DNA from: an archaeon
GTDB taxonomy: Archaea > Asgardarchaeota > Thorarchaeia > Thorarchaeales > Thorarchaeaceae
NCBI GenBank assembly: GCA_024276825.1
Contig: JAJRWI010000025.1
Span: forward strand, 1 to 63,871
Reading direction: 5' to 3'
DNA: 63,871 nt
Shown: positions 39,756 to 50,186 of the stretch, in pieces
How the letters are laid out: each line of letters begins with the position of its first letter
Numbering within the stretch: position 1 is the first letter of the stretch
The notes under the pieces: generated by a model
What the model was told of the DNA's origin: nothing
The model's input: only the letters and a program-made list of their open reading frames with translations
Databases searched by the model: none
Translations under genes and position numbers: made by a program

Positions 39756-40829
39756 TTACCAGATAGTTATCATTTTTCTGATTGTTTCGGCTGACTCGCC
39801 TCGTTCCACCCCTACTGCAATTGAGTTGATGTTTCGGATCTCATAATACTTGAGACCAAAGAAACCAATCACTGTGCCAATATGGAAGGGGTATGCGGTC
39901 AGTTGCGATTTCATCCTCTGAGCAAGAGAGTCCTCTATCAGCAACTCGACCTCTCCCAGATCGTCAGACTCCTCGTAAATCTTTGCAAGACGAGTTGCAA
40001 ACTGACGATAGCGCGTCTTCTCCAATTTTGCAAATACCTCTTGCCAAGTAGTCGCAGTCAATAGCGCCTCACGCAATGCGTTTGACCTTGCAGTGAAGCG
40101 TGCTAATGACAGGGCAATGTCATTATTGTGTAGCCCCATTCGCAGACCACGAACCATGGTCAGGGCATTTCGCAAGTCAACACGAGGTTCAAGAATTGAG
40201 AGCACTCGCTTCTTCTCGTCATATGAGAAGTCAGAGAGCGCGTCCAACATTGAACGCAGATACCACTCCTCGATTGCAACCTCAAGAGGGGCTGTGGAAC
40301 CATAGGTGTCGTATGCATGAAGACGTGTCAACAGGGACAGGCGAATGTCCCAGTATGGCATCATTTCAACAAGATTAGGAACAGAACCTGAATCAACCAG
40401 TGTGGCAAACACTTGTGCCTGATCAGGAGATATGGGAACAACAAAACGTAGTATCTCATCACGGTCTAGTTTTGCTTCTACACCCCTGATTATTGACTTA
40501 AGGCTCTCAGCCAAAAACAGGTTGAGATAGGTCTCAGTGAATCTTAGAGTCTTTCCTGTGAGAGTACGTGTCAGTCTATATGTGATGTTAGCAAAGTCTT
40601 TGGACAACAACACAAAGATGTCCTCAGGACTGGGACTCTCACCAAATGAACCGCTGCTTATGATGGCACCATAATAGGTCATGCTGAGGTTCTTCAAGAA
40701 GTCTTCATAATCGCTCGATTGTATGAGCCTTTCGTAGTCGCCAAATGTGAGGAACCGGGACTTGATACCTCTTATCCTCGCATTGACAAAGGCGTATTCC
40801 GTAGCGGTCCCAAGTAGTCTCATTGTCAC
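39756..40829 (-). CDS. atpC: A/V-type ATP synthase subunit C (d)
   Basis: YAFVNARIRGIKSRFL, NALTMVRG, KYYEIRNI..IAVG. Confidence 0.9.
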   Translation of the reverse strand: MTMRLLGTATEYAFVNARIRGIKSRFLTFGDYERLIQSSDYEDFLKNLSMTYYGAIISSGSFGESPSPEDIFVLLSKDFANITYRLTRTLTGKTLRFTETYLNLFLAESLKSIIRGVEAKLDRDEILRFVVPISPDQAQVFATLVDSGSVPNLVEMMPYWDIRLSLLTRLHAYDTYGSTAPLEVAIEEWYLRSMLDALSDFSYDEKKRVLSILEPRVDLRNALTMVRGLRMGLHNNDIALSLARFTARSNALREALLTATTWQEVFAKLEKTRYRQFATRLAKIYEESDDLGEVELLIEDSLAQRMKSQLTAYPFHIGTVIGFFGLKYYEIRNINSIAVGVERGESAETIRKMITIW

Positions 40830-40910
40830 TTCGTTCCTTGCAGTAGGATGTTGAAGCGATAAACCCCAAGTTTGTTATAAGCATAACGAACCAGCGATAA
40901 AAAGCGAAAT

Positions 40911-40925
40911 GCATCAAATTGATGC
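40911..40925. promoter_or_regulatory. Palindrome GCATCAA-A-TTGATGC in the divergent intergenic region upstream of atpC
   Basis: 7-1-7 inverted repeat seen in sequence; function inferred. Confidence 0.3.
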
Positions 40926-40995
40926 GAATTTTGAGCTGGTTTTGCAGTAATTTGTGATAGCTAGTTTCATATAATATGAGGTTGTTATTAATGCG

Positions 40996-41565
40996 GTGCA
41001 AAACATGAGCAATGAGGATGAGTTTGACATTGGGTCACTCTTCAGAACATCTGCAACTCTTACTTTCGTGATTGAAATAGTATCTGCAATTGTCATGATT
41101 GGATCACTGGCAGCCTTCTATATTGGTGGCGCCTTACCAACACTCGATCCAGACCTCTTGATACTGTTGATTCTTATTGGATGTATCATCACACTGGTTG
41201 TGTTTCTAGCAGCACTTGGGTTCTTCATAAGGTTCTCACGCAAGATCAATAGCATTGTGTTTCCACCAGGCATTGATCTGATTGATATAAAGAAACCAAA
41301 GGTCAGACCCATTGTGATAATCTATGCTGCACTGGTTGGCGTGATGGGGGTCACTGGGATTTATGTCTGGTATCTTGTTTACAAGAACATCTTGGGACCA
41401 TGGGCCATGGCAAACAGCTCCATCTCGCTTCAGATATTCAGCTTTGCAATGGGTGCATTCTTCATAGCACTATTAATTCAGATAATAATAGCACTCGTTG
41501 GCAGAAGTGCTAGAAAGGTGATATTGGGAGTCATGGATGTTGATGACTCAGAGTTCCTAGAGTGA
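40996..41565 (+). CDS. 4-TM membrane protein, unknown function
   Basis: Four hydrophobic segments. Confidence 0.65.
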   Translation: MQNMSNEDEFDIGSLFRTSATLTFVIEIVSAIVMIGSLAAFYIGGALPTLDPDLLILLILIGCIITLVVFLAALGFFIRFSRKINSIVFPPGIDLIDIKKPKVRPIVIIYAALVGVMGVTGIYVWYLVYKNILGPWAMANSSISLQIFSFAMGAFFIALLIQIIIALVGRSARKVILGVMDVDDSEFLE

Positions 41566-41889
41566 GTCATCTTTCCCCTCAATAGCAAATTCAACATCCT
41601 CTAGTATCTCTTCCATGGGTGGAGCATATGTAGGCCTCCTATTGGTGGTGGTTTCTAGACGTTCGTAATAGGATATTGTCTTGAATATGCTGACAACACC
41701 TATGAAGAAGCCTGCAATAGCACCGATTATTGCACCCCAGACAGCACCCGATGTGCCACCCCATGAGGAGCCTATAATCTGGCCAACAAAAAGGAGAGAT
41801 ATCACCATACATGGGAGCTCGGAAGCGATTGCCAGCCACTTGCCCATGTCAGCAAAGCCGCCTCCTGATTCAGATTCTGTCATAACCAT
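41557..41889 (-). CDS. AtpZ/AtpI (ATPase gene 1)-like 2-TM protein
   Basis: IASELP..ISLLFVGQIIG..WG....GAIIGAIAGF.IG pattern; near the ATPase genes. Confidence 0.5.
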   Translation of the reverse strand: MVMTESESGGGFADMGKWLAIASELPCMVISLLFVGQIIGSSWGGTSGAVWGAIIGAIAGFFIGVVSIFKTISYYERLETTTNRRPTYAPPMEEILEDVEFAIEGKDDSL

Positions 41890-41980
41890 TAATTGTAATT
41901 AGAGCGAATATAGTTTTGGTTGATGGTCGGAAGTCAATCTTTTTCTTGGCCCGTTGAGTTCATTAATTGAGGTCGATTCT

Positions 41981-43267
41981 ATGAAGGTCTCTCTGAGCTA
42001 TGGGGATGAACATGTCGAAATTGAGATCCCTGAACGTAATTTGGCAGGCATTATCAAACCCAAGCAGATCAATGCAAAGAGCAACATTGCTGGTGAACTC
42101 GATCGTGTACTGAACAATCCGCATGGACCCATGATTGAGGAAGTTGCACGTGGCAAGAGTGTATGCGTTCTTGTTGAGGACCACACTAGGGACGAGCCGC
42201 ACAAGGAGATGATTGATGCGGTTGTTCCACGTCTTAGAGATGCAAATAGTGTGCAGTTTATCATAGCGACAGGGTCTCATGTGGTCGACCATCCCAAGAA
42301 TCATGAGATAGTGGCAATGATCAGGGAAGCTGCAAAGATGGCAAGGTTGGATAACTGGCGATTACTGATTCATGACTGTTATGGAGAGAACTTCATAGAC
42401 CTCGGAAAGACAAGCCGAGACACGCCAGTAGTAGTCAATCCAGCAGCTGTGGGCCATGATGCATATGTAGTCCTCGCAGACATGAAGGCACATTATTTTG
42501 CGGGATACTCAAACGCTCTCAAGGATTTCCTGCCTGGGATCTGTGCCTTTCAATCTATTGAGGCAAACCACTCTATGGCCCTCGATCCTAACTCGACATT
42601 TGGAAAGCATCCATTTCATCCCAGTCCAGAGAGAAGGGATAATCCCCTTGCTGATGATATGAGAGAGGCCACTGAGATCATAACTAAGGATGCCAAGGTG
42701 TTCACTCTGTCAACAGTGACCAGTGGAGGAAGGCTTGTCTGGGCAGATGCTGGAAGACTGGAGCCTGTGATAGCAGGAGGTATTGAAGTGTTGGATGAGA
42801 TTGCGAGTTTTATCATTACCCCCGTTTCCAGAATAATAGTAACTCCCGGAGGATACCCACAGGATAAGAGCCTCTATCATGCGCAGAGAAGCCTTGAACT
42901 CACAAAGAACGCGGTCAGTGATGGTGGAGAGATCCTGTTTCTCGCGGAGTGCAGGGACGGGGTTGCCCCAGAGTCAGCCATCGAGAACTTCTACAACAGA
43001 CTGACCGCACCACTGGACACTGTGATTGAGTCTATCAGTGGACAGTATCATCTGTACGAGCATAAGGCGTTCAAGTTTGCAGAACTGCTAAAGAGAGTAT
43101 CTGCAGTCAAGATGTATACGAAACTTGACCGAAAGACCGTTGAGGATGCACATCTGATAAAGGTGGATGACCCCCAAGCTGTTGTCGATCAATGGATTGC
43201 AGAAGACCCCGATGTCAAGATCCTTGTCTTGGACAAGGGCAACAAGCTTGCGGTCTATAGGGACTAG
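41981..43267 (+). CDS. LarA-superfamily (nickel-pincer) racemase/epimerase
   Basis: EDHTR, IATGSH, IHD, HYFAGYS, KDFLPG, PGGYP.D, ECRDG. Confidence 0.88.
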   Translation: MKVSLSYGDEHVEIEIPERNLAGIIKPKQINAKSNIAGELDRVLNNPHGPMIEEVARGKSVCVLVEDHTRDEPHKEMIDAVVPRLRDANSVQFIIATGSHVVDHPKNHEIVAMIREAAKMARLDNWRLLIHDCYGENFIDLGKTSRDTPVVVNPAAVGHDAYVVLADMKAHYFAGYSNALKDFLPGICAFQSIEANHSMALDPNSTFGKHPFHPSPERRDNPLADDMREATEIITKDAKVFTLSTVTSGGRLVWADAGRLEPVIAGGIEVLDEIASFIITPVSRIIVTPGGYPQDKSLYHAQRSLELTKNAVSDGGEILFLAECRDGVAPESAIENFYNRLTAPLDTVIESISGQYHLYEHKAFKFAELLKRVSAVKMYTKLDRKTVEDAHLIKVDDPQAVVDQWIAEDPDVKILVLDKGNKLAVYRD

Positions 43268-44778
43268 TTCCAAGTCATTTCAGAGATTGCATTATACAGT
43301 GCCTTGTATCTCTCAAAGCCTCTGTCATATACATCACGATTTGCATCATTAGGCTTTAGACGTCGGCGCTCATGCACCATCACATCAGCAGCCTCGACCA
43401 TGGTCTTATAGATTCCAGCACCTTTGCACGCCAGTATTGCAGCACCGAGAGCAGTGGCCTCTTCAATCTCGGTCAATATGACAGGTATGTTGATCACATC
43501 CGACTGAATCTGCATCCAGACCTCACTTCTCGCTGCACCACCAGTGACCCTCAGTTCAGATGCTGGGAGTTTGAGGTCCTTCATCACATCAAGATTTGTC
43601 CGTATCTCATAAGCAACTCCTTCTAGAATCGCTCGCATCAGATGAGCACGAGTGTGTCCAAGTGCAAGCCCTGCAAAGACAGCCCTTGCCTGAGGGTTCC
43701 AATATGGTGCACCAGCACCGACAAAGTGGGGTATATGAATCACCCCTTCTGAACCTGCAGGAATTGTGTCTGCAGACTCTGTCATGATCTCATAAGGGTC
43801 CTTTCCGGCCTCCTCGGCATCCAGACACTCCTTCAGTCCAAGGTTGTCCCTGAACCATCTGAGGGCAGAGCCCGTAGTGAACATGCTGGCCTCAATCACA
43901 AAGGAGTCAGGAATCACATGTCTGGAGCACAGCACCCTGCGTGCAGGATCAAGACGCAGCTTCTTAGAGAATGCGAGCATGAATGTGCCAGTACCTGTTG
44001 TAGACTTGATAGAGCCCTCACGCACAACACCCACGCCAAGAGCTGCGCACTGTTGATCGCCACCACCAGCCACAACTGGAGTGCCTGCCTTGAGACCGCA
44101 TTCCTCAGAGGCTCTTTCCGAGACCTCTCCTACAACTGTCCCAGACTGAACTGCTCTTGGCAACTTCTCTTTGGGTACTCCTATTGCATCAAGGATCCTA
44201 TCAGACCATTGTGCCTTTTCAATATTGAATAACATGGTTCTGCTGGCATTGGAGAAGTCGGTGACGAGTTCACCGGTCAATCGATATAACACATAATCAT
44301 GAACCAGCAGAAACTTGTGAGTCTTGTCAAACACATCAGGCTGGTTCTCCTTGAGCCAGAGTATTTTTGGAGCTGAGAAGTATGGATCAACAGTCAGGCC
44401 AGTGATGGAATACACGGTCTCTAATGTGATATTGTCCCTGATCCACTCACACTGGGTGGTTGTTCTTCTGTCCTGCCAGACAATGGCATTATGTAGTGAT
44501 CTGCCACTCTCATCGATTGGCACGATGGTCTCTCGCTGATTAGTGATGCTGACTGCCACCACATCTTCGGGACTGGTTCCACCCTGTGAGAAACAATGTT
44601 TCATTGTAGAACAGGCAGACTCCCACCATTCTTCAGCTGACTGCTCCACCCAAGAGGGATGAGGATAGTGGCTTGAAAACTCCTCGTATGCCATTCTCAC
44701 AATCTTTCCAGATGTGTCAAAGAATATTGAACGAACTCCAGAGGTACCTACATCGATTGTCACTACAAGCTCCGTCAT
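43264..44778 (-). CDS. FGGY-family kinase (xylulokinase/glycerol kinase-like)
   Basis: IDVGTSG, ITNQRET, WQDRR, DFSNASRTMLF, GDQQ, TGTG, GGAARS. Confidence 0.92.
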   Translation of the reverse strand: MTELVVTIDVGTSGVRSIFFDTSGKIVRMAYEEFSSHYPHPSWVEQSAEEWWESACSTMKHCFSQGGTSPEDVVAVSITNQRETIVPIDESGRSLHNAIVWQDRRTTTQCEWIRDNITLETVYSITGLTVDPYFSAPKILWLKENQPDVFDKTHKFLLVHDYVLYRLTGELVTDFSNASRTMLFNIEKAQWSDRILDAIGVPKEKLPRAVQSGTVVGEVSERASEECGLKAGTPVVAGGGDQQCAALGVGVVREGSIKSTTGTGTFMLAFSKKLRLDPARRVLCSRHVIPDSFVIEASMFTTGSALRWFRDNLGLKECLDAEEAGKDPYEIMTESADTIPAGSEGVIHIPHFVGAGAPYWNPQARAVFAGLALGHTRAHLMRAILEGVAYEIRTNLDVMKDLKLPASELRVTGGAARSEVWMQIQSDVINIPVILTEIEEATALGAAILACKGAGIYKTMVEAADVMVHERRRLKPNDANRDVYDRGFERYKALYNAISEMTWN

Positions 44779-44825
44779 TAGAACCACATGTAGAACAAGC
44801 AATACCACGATTTGAAAGCTTCGAG

Positions 44826-45113
44826 TCATTCATTCTGTGCGATCTGATTCAGAAACTGTTCAATGTCAACTCGATCTCCAATGCATGCCCGCTTCAGCCT
44901 ACGATTTGACTTGATTCGTCGTTCCAATCGCAAGGCGTCACTCAGACTCTCACACTCGCGGAGATAGACAACAAATGCAGGGGGATGTGCCCTCAGATAT
45001 CTTGCTGAACGGGAATTCCCTGAGAGATGTTCACGGAACCTGCGGGCAGGATTGTTTGTGATGCCAGTATAATAGGTGCCATCAACAGTTTCGAGAATAT
45101 AGACAAAGACCAT
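44826..45113 (-). CDS. GIY-YIG nuclease family protein (UPF0213-like)
   Basis: FVYILE...YYTGITNNPARRFREH..G..ARY, ALRLERRIK. Confidence 0.85.
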   Translation of the reverse strand: MVFVYILETVDGTYYTGITNNPARRFREHLSGNSRSARYLRAHPPAFVVYLRECESLSDALRLERRIKSNRRLKRACIGDRVDIEQFLNQIAQNE

Positions 45114-45767
45114 ATGTTCCGCCTTGCATCTATGAGTACTGTGTGTCATTAAAGTTGTTGTAATGCACTCGTATCAATCATTGATAAGACTAGGCAAGAA
45201 TCGACTTTGAGATATCAAAAGTGTACAGAATTCCAGCTGATATATATCGCATCAGCGAACATAATGTGATGGGCGTTCGAGCATGCTACAAGAGAGGGAT
45301 TCGTCACAGTCCCGATTCTGGCCATTGACATTTTTTGGAGTGTCATCAGTGATCTTCGCAGATCTGTTGTTCAATTCAGAAGCTGTTTGGAGTGTTCATC
45401 GTAATCAGCATTCTCTGGTCGCAAATAGTTGGAGTTGTGATACTGCTCTTCATTATTTTCTATCTATCGATGATCGTGGCAGGTCCCTTTCTCTTTCTGC
45501 GATCAGTCTACAGAGTCATCAGGTCAATACTACAGAGTCGATGAGCTTTTGTAATGGATTGTTATCTGTATGAGTACGAAGTGATGAGAAGATGGGACTG
45601 ACTCATGACTTGCTGCCAGTATCAGCAATTGCACTTGTTATCATCGCGATGGTGAGTGTTGATGTTCTGATAATTGGAGACCCCTATAGAGCGATCTCAG
45701 CGATTCCAATAGTCCTGTTTCTATTGGTATGGGCGGCCGCAACATTCAAGGTCAGGAGGAGAGGTCA

Positions 45768-46400
45768 ATGACTGCAATAATCGTCACTCTGGCGGTCATG
45801 ATTGGCTGCATTCCATGCATTGTTCACAGTCTAAAAGAACATGGTCAGTGGCCCACAATCGCTTTCTTTACGGGTGGTTTCATCTTCGGAATAGTTCGGG
45901 AGAACATTGTTGCCCTCATGCCCGGGATGTACACATATCCGAATCACCCATTGTATATCGGAGCGGCACCACTGATGATGGGATTCGGTTGGTCCGCATC
46001 GTTCTATGCCTGCTGGATGGTGAGTAAGCGGATAATCGAGGCTTTCGCCCCTCACTTCAAGGATAGCAGACTTGCAGTCTCGTTTTTGACAGCAGTTGGT
46101 ACGGCCCTTTTGTCATTGCCTGTTGAGATTGCGGCAGGCGCCCCTGAAACCTCATGGTGGATCTGGCCTGCTGAAGCGATTTCAGTGTGGTACGAGATGC
46201 CGCCAATAGTTCCCTTTGGCTGGGGAGGTGCAGCATTCATCTTTGTGTTTATGTTTATCTGGCTGATGGACAAAATCAAGAGCCCAAAGAGAGCTGCTGT
46301 CTTTTTTGTATTTGGGGGTTCAGTCAGTGCAATCTTCATCCATCTGATCTATGTTGTCACAGTGAGAGGAGTTATAGTGCTCTTGCTGAATCCAATTTGA
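45768..46400 (+). CDS. CruF/DUF422-like membrane protein (carotenoid hydratase family)
   Basis: H....G.......GFIFG...EN, YTY, IGAAPL..GFGW, WWIW, P...PFGW; about 6 TM. Confidence 0.55.
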   Translation: MTAIIVTLAVMIGCIPCIVHSLKEHGQWPTIAFFTGGFIFGIVRENIVALMPGMYTYPNHPLYIGAAPLMMGFGWSASFYACWMVSKRIIEAFAPHFKDSRLAVSFLTAVGTALLSLPVEIAAGAPETSWWIWPAEAISVWYEMPPIVPFGWGGAAFIFVFMFIWLMDKIKSPKRAAVFFVFGGSVSAIFIHLIYVVTVRGVIVLLLNPI

Positions 46401-46448
46401 ACAATAAAGTTCAGTACCATCCGAAACAAAGGCTTAAAATGTGCCCAC

Positions 46449-46506
46449 TGCCGTTCCTGGAAGGACAGGAATATTATGTCCAAGAATGTCCAACTTACAA
46501 TGAACG
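46449..46506. mobile_element. Partial third copy (one end) of the ~180-bp element, inverted relative to copies 1 and 2
   Basis: TGCCGTTCCTGGAAGGAC...ATGTCCAAGAATGTCCAACTTACAATGAACG matches the reverse complement of 13787-13844. Confidence 0.75.
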
Positions 46507-46862
46507 GTTCTGCTTCATTGGGGCTGGGTTCCAATTCAGCAATGGCATCATACCTGTTACATCTGGGTCTATAGTGATGGATAGTGGACAACTAGCTATG
46601 CCTAATAATACAATATCCATTTGAAACAGGTGTTTATGGTGAAACTTAATGCAATCCTTAATAGCCTCATTCTTTTTCTTATTTTCACAACACCTGTTTC
46701 GTTTCCTTTTTTCCTCTTCATTCGAGTTCAAATCATATTCTCTCGCAAGGCACTTACTTTGAATACCTTTTTCAATTTAGACATCTTGAGTTTCTAAACT
46801 CTACTCGAATTGACACCCTCTCTTATCAACCACTCAGTCAAACAATTCGAGTATCAAATGCC

Positions 46863-47252
46863 TTGTACCAAGGTTTGGTGTATAAAGGATCAAATAAAAA
46901 GAATATTCAAACAACATTATTAATGCCCATACCAGTACCATACGATGTCTATTTACTGACTTCTGATGACCTTGTCAGCCGCATAAGAATTGGCAATCTT
47001 GAGAACATCACTCCAATTTATGTTGGCCATTCCAACTCAAAATTATCCTTTGACATATTCCTAAACGAAACTTGTACTTATGGTGTGTTGTTAAGCACAG
47101 AATCGAATGAGTCGATTGAAATTCTCTTAATGATTAGTTCAATCATTCCTCATATAACTCTCTTTTTCACTGGATTAGTGATTTTTTCAATTTCTATTAT
47201 TATAATATTAATCAGAAGAATGACCGGTCGAAAACAGGCATTGCAGAAATAG
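46863..47252 (+). CDS. Hypothetical protein or fragment with C-terminal TM
   Basis: AT-rich ORF, TTG start, C-terminal hydrophobic helix + RR; may be a truncated gene. Confidence 0.4.
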   Translation: MYQGLVYKGSNKKNIQTTLLMPIPVPYDVYLLTSDDLVSRIRIGNLENITPIYVGHSNSKLSFDIFLNETCTYGVLLSTESNESIEILLMISSIIPHITLFFTGLVIFSISIIIILIRRMTGRKQALQK

Positions 47253-47408
47253 GTGTGCTCACATGTTCCTAATGCCTAGCCAGAAGCATATGGAATCCCG
47301 ATTATTCTATTGTGCATGTCTTTCAAATTGATATTAACCCATGAAGAATAAACATAGCTCATGCTAAGGCAATAGTGATAGTTTAATAGAATAAATTCTC
47401 AATGAGTA

Positions 47409-47813
47409 TTGATGACAGCTGAAGACTCGTTGAAAGTTATAATTGAGAGAGCTAAAAAAGATGAAGACATTTTGGCAGTTGTAGTCTATGGTAGTTATGC
47501 TAGACATGAGGATTACAATGACATTGATGTGAGTCTTGCTCTTTGCAAATCCAAAGTTGGAAAGATCAACTCCCTCAAGAAAGAGATAGAATACTCAGAA
47601 CCAGGTCTGGATGTTCATATTTTTCAAGACTTACCCCTTTACATACAGGCTCGCGTACTTGAAGAGGGGATTATTTACCATGTGAAGAATGAAGATGAGT
47701 ACTACGACCTTGTTTTCTACACATTACGAGTATGGGGAGACTTCAGACCACGATTTGAGATGATTCTTGAAGGTGTACTGCATGGATCAGAGAGTTCTAG
47801 TGAAGTTGGATGA
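47409..47813 (+). CDS. Minimal nucleotidyltransferase (MNT) antitoxin
   Basis: VYGSYAR...DIDV motif. Confidence 0.88.
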   Translation: MMTAEDSLKVIIERAKKDEDILAVVVYGSYARHEDYNDIDVSLALCKSKVGKINSLKKEIEYSEPGLDVHIFQDLPLYIQARVLEEGIIYHVKNEDEYYDLVFYTLRVWGDFRPRFEMILEGVLHGSESSSEVG

Positions 47814-48198
47814 ACTTAATCAATTGTATACTGAATTGCATGATACACTTCCAAAGACCTTGGATGAGTATCTAAAATCTAAAATTATTCGGCGAGCCAT
47901 CGAACGTCTTATCCAAATTACGATTGAGTGTGTAATTGATATTTGCTCAATACTCGTAAAAGAATTACAATTAGGTGTCCCACATATAGATGAAGATATA
48001 TTTTTGAAGTTGGAAGACGTAGTTTATGACCAAGATACAATTGACGTATTAAGAAATATGAAACGTTTTCGAAATAGAATTGTTCATCGATATAGTGCTC
48101 TGAATGATGAACAAATTTATTCACTCACGAAGATTCTACTACCAGATGTTTCAAGCTTCATTCAAAAAACTCGTGAGTTCATACAGATGAATAACTAG
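47782..48198 (+). CDS. HEPN (DUF86) RNase toxin
   Basis: AIERLIQITIE, FRNRIVHRY (RX4H). Confidence 0.9.
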   Translation: MDQRVLVKLDELNQLYTELHDTLPKTLDEYLKSKIIRRAIERLIQITIECVIDICSILVKELQLGVPHIDEDIFLKLEDVVYDQDTIDVLRNMKRFRNRIVHRYSALNDEQIYSLTKILLPDVSSFIQKTREFIQMNN

Positions 48199-48211
48199 AT
48201 CTGTCATGATT

Positions 48212-50023
48212 TCAGACAATTGAGCTTAGACCGAGAAGGTCAAGGGTTTCTTTATCGGGCACGCCATTCTTGTCATAGCCCCTTAACTCATAGTACTTGT
48301 CCAGACTCCTCTCGAAGTCCTCCTTGCTGATGAAGGATCTCATTCCCTCTGTGGGTCCTGAGGTGTGGGGTTCCCAGAGTCGAGGTGGCAATCTATCATC
48401 CTTTCTTGTCAGTCCCTCTCGAATATTGAACATTCTACCAAGGGTGTCTACCCTCCTTGCGAAGAGCTTGGCACTCTTCTCATCAAACTCCAGACCTGTT
48501 GCTGCATTAAGGAGCTTGATCTTAGTCTCATGAGTCAATGGAATGTGATATGTGAAATGACAGACTACGAGGGAGTCTGTGAGAATCTTCTGGTCACGTG
48601 CATCAATCATTGACTCAACAACATCCAGTGCAGAGGCATTCGGGATCTCATTTGTTTGAGGCCAGCCCCTCAAATGGCTTGCCCCCACATTGGCTGTGGC
48701 ATATGAGAGTCCAAGGCCTTTCTTTCCGCGGGGGTCCCACGCTGGCAACTCAAGCCCCTTTACATGAACCGCGAACTTTTCACTGCCCTTTCCGATTCTC
48801 TCAGCAGCCTTTCTAACACCATCAGCAAAAATCTCTCCAATGCCCTCTCGATGAGCCATCATTCGCAGCAACCAGACTGCCAAGCCATAATCACCAAATG
48901 AAGTCTTAAAATTGTAGTCCTCCTCAGTTAGGACTCCCTCTTCAAACAGCTCCATTACAAAGCCAATTGTGCTTCCTGCGCTGATTGTGTCGAGTCCAAG
49001 CTCATCGCACATGTAGTTCAGCTTGAGGACTGCCTGCGGGTCTGATATGCCCGTGTTTCCACCAAGGAGTCCAAGACTCTCATACTCTATGCAGGACTCG
49101 ACCTCTCTGCCTGGGTCATCGGGGTCCTCTGTCTTGAAGGCGTGAGTGCATCTCATCACACAATGTGGACAGGAGTTGTGAGCTCCAAGTCCCCACTTCT
49201 CTACCATGGTCTCTGGAGTGATTCCTTCGTAGTCATCAAAGAAGCCGGTCTGATAGTTTCGAGTTGGAAACGTCCCCATATTGTTCGAGACCTCAACCAA
49301 GAACGGAGTCCCATACTTCTTGAAGAGGGCGTTCTTCTTCTCCTTCCAGGTGTTTGCGACCTGCCTGTTGATCTCACGAATTGTGTCAATATCCGCAGCA
49401 TCCATGCTCTTAGTCCCCCTTGCCACCACTGCCTTGAGGTTCTTTGAGCCCATGACCGCTCCAGTGCCGCCGCGACCTGTCTGATGAGCAATGTCGCAGC
49501 ATCCCGTTGCGATACGACTTAAGTTCTCACCTGCAGGACCGATAGTATATACAGAATTCCCCTCATCATGCAACTCGCTGGTTGTCTCATGGACTCCCTT
49601 CCCCCAGAGATGACTAGCGCTCTCAATTGTCACAGAATCATCATCTATTTTCAGATAGACTGGTTCATCAGCCTCTCCCGTCACGCAGACTGCATCATAT
49701 CCCGCCCTCTTGATCTCCCTGCCCAGTGCCCCGCCACAGTGCGAGTCTATGATGTAGCCAGAGAGCGGCGATTTGGTGACCATTGCCCATCGGCCGACAT
49801 TTGGTGCGGGTAGACCCTGCAATGGACCTGTAAGAAAGATCAGGATATTTTCAGGTCCCAATGGGTCTATTCCAGCTCTCAAGTTCTTGTAGAGCAGATA
49901 GGTTCCAAGCCCTTTTCCGCCAATGAAGTTCTCATATACTCTCTTGCCTACGCTATTTTCCTCAATCTTGTTCTTTGCAAGATCAACCCATAGAATTCGG
50001 TCATTCCATCCATGTATCATCAT
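48212..50023 (-). CDS. aor: Tungsten aldehyde:ferredoxin oxidoreductase family protein
   Basis: TKSPL, IGPAGEN, GRGGTGAVMGSKNLKA, CPHCVMRC, EYE, CDELGLDTIS, VKGLE..WDPRG. Confidence 0.95.
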   Translation of the reverse strand: MMIHGWNDRILWVDLAKNKIEENSVGKRVYENFIGGKGLGTYLLYKNLRAGIDPLGPENILIFLTGPLQGLPAPNVGRWAMVTKSPLSGYIIDSHCGGALGREIKRAGYDAVCVTGEADEPVYLKIDDDSVTIESASHLWGKGVHETTSELHDEGNSVYTIGPAGENLSRIATGCCDIAHQTGRGGTGAVMGSKNLKAVVARGTKSMDAADIDTIREINRQVANTWKEKKNALFKKYGTPFLVEVSNNMGTFPTRNYQTGFFDDYEGITPETMVEKWGLGAHNSCPHCVMRCTHAFKTEDPDDPGREVESCIEYESLGLLGGNTGISDPQAVLKLNYMCDELGLDTISAGSTIGFVMELFEEGVLTEEDYNFKTSFGDYGLAVWLLRMMAHREGIGEIFADGVRKAAERIGKGSEKFAVHVKGLELPAWDPRGKKGLGLSYATANVGASHLRGWPQTNEIPNASALDVVESMIDARDQKILTDSLVVCHFTYHIPLTHETKIKLLNAATGLEFDEKSAKLFARRVDTLGRMFNIREGLTRKDDRLPPRLWEPHTSGPTEGMRSFISKEDFERSLDKYYELRGYDKNGVPDKETLDLLGLSSIV

Positions 50024-50186
50024 GATACCTCTGCTGATTGCAATTCAGTCAATCCCATTAGAAGTATAAATAGTAATCTTCAAGATTTCGGTTTCAATGG
50101 ATTGATTAGACCTCAAATATTTCTTACTTCATTCATCAATGCAAAAGTTAATGTATACAAAATATTCTATTGTATGCGAACCAACA

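Noticed and set aside
45580-45610. Weak resemblance (TGAGAA.ATGGGAC) to the missing other end of element copy 3
   Set aside because: Too short and gapped, and lacks the GTTGCGC terminus; may be chance
45150-45760. Possible remnant of a membrane-protein gene, including ORF 45283-45573
   Set aside because: Hydrophobic fragments in several frames but no assignable family or reliable boundaries
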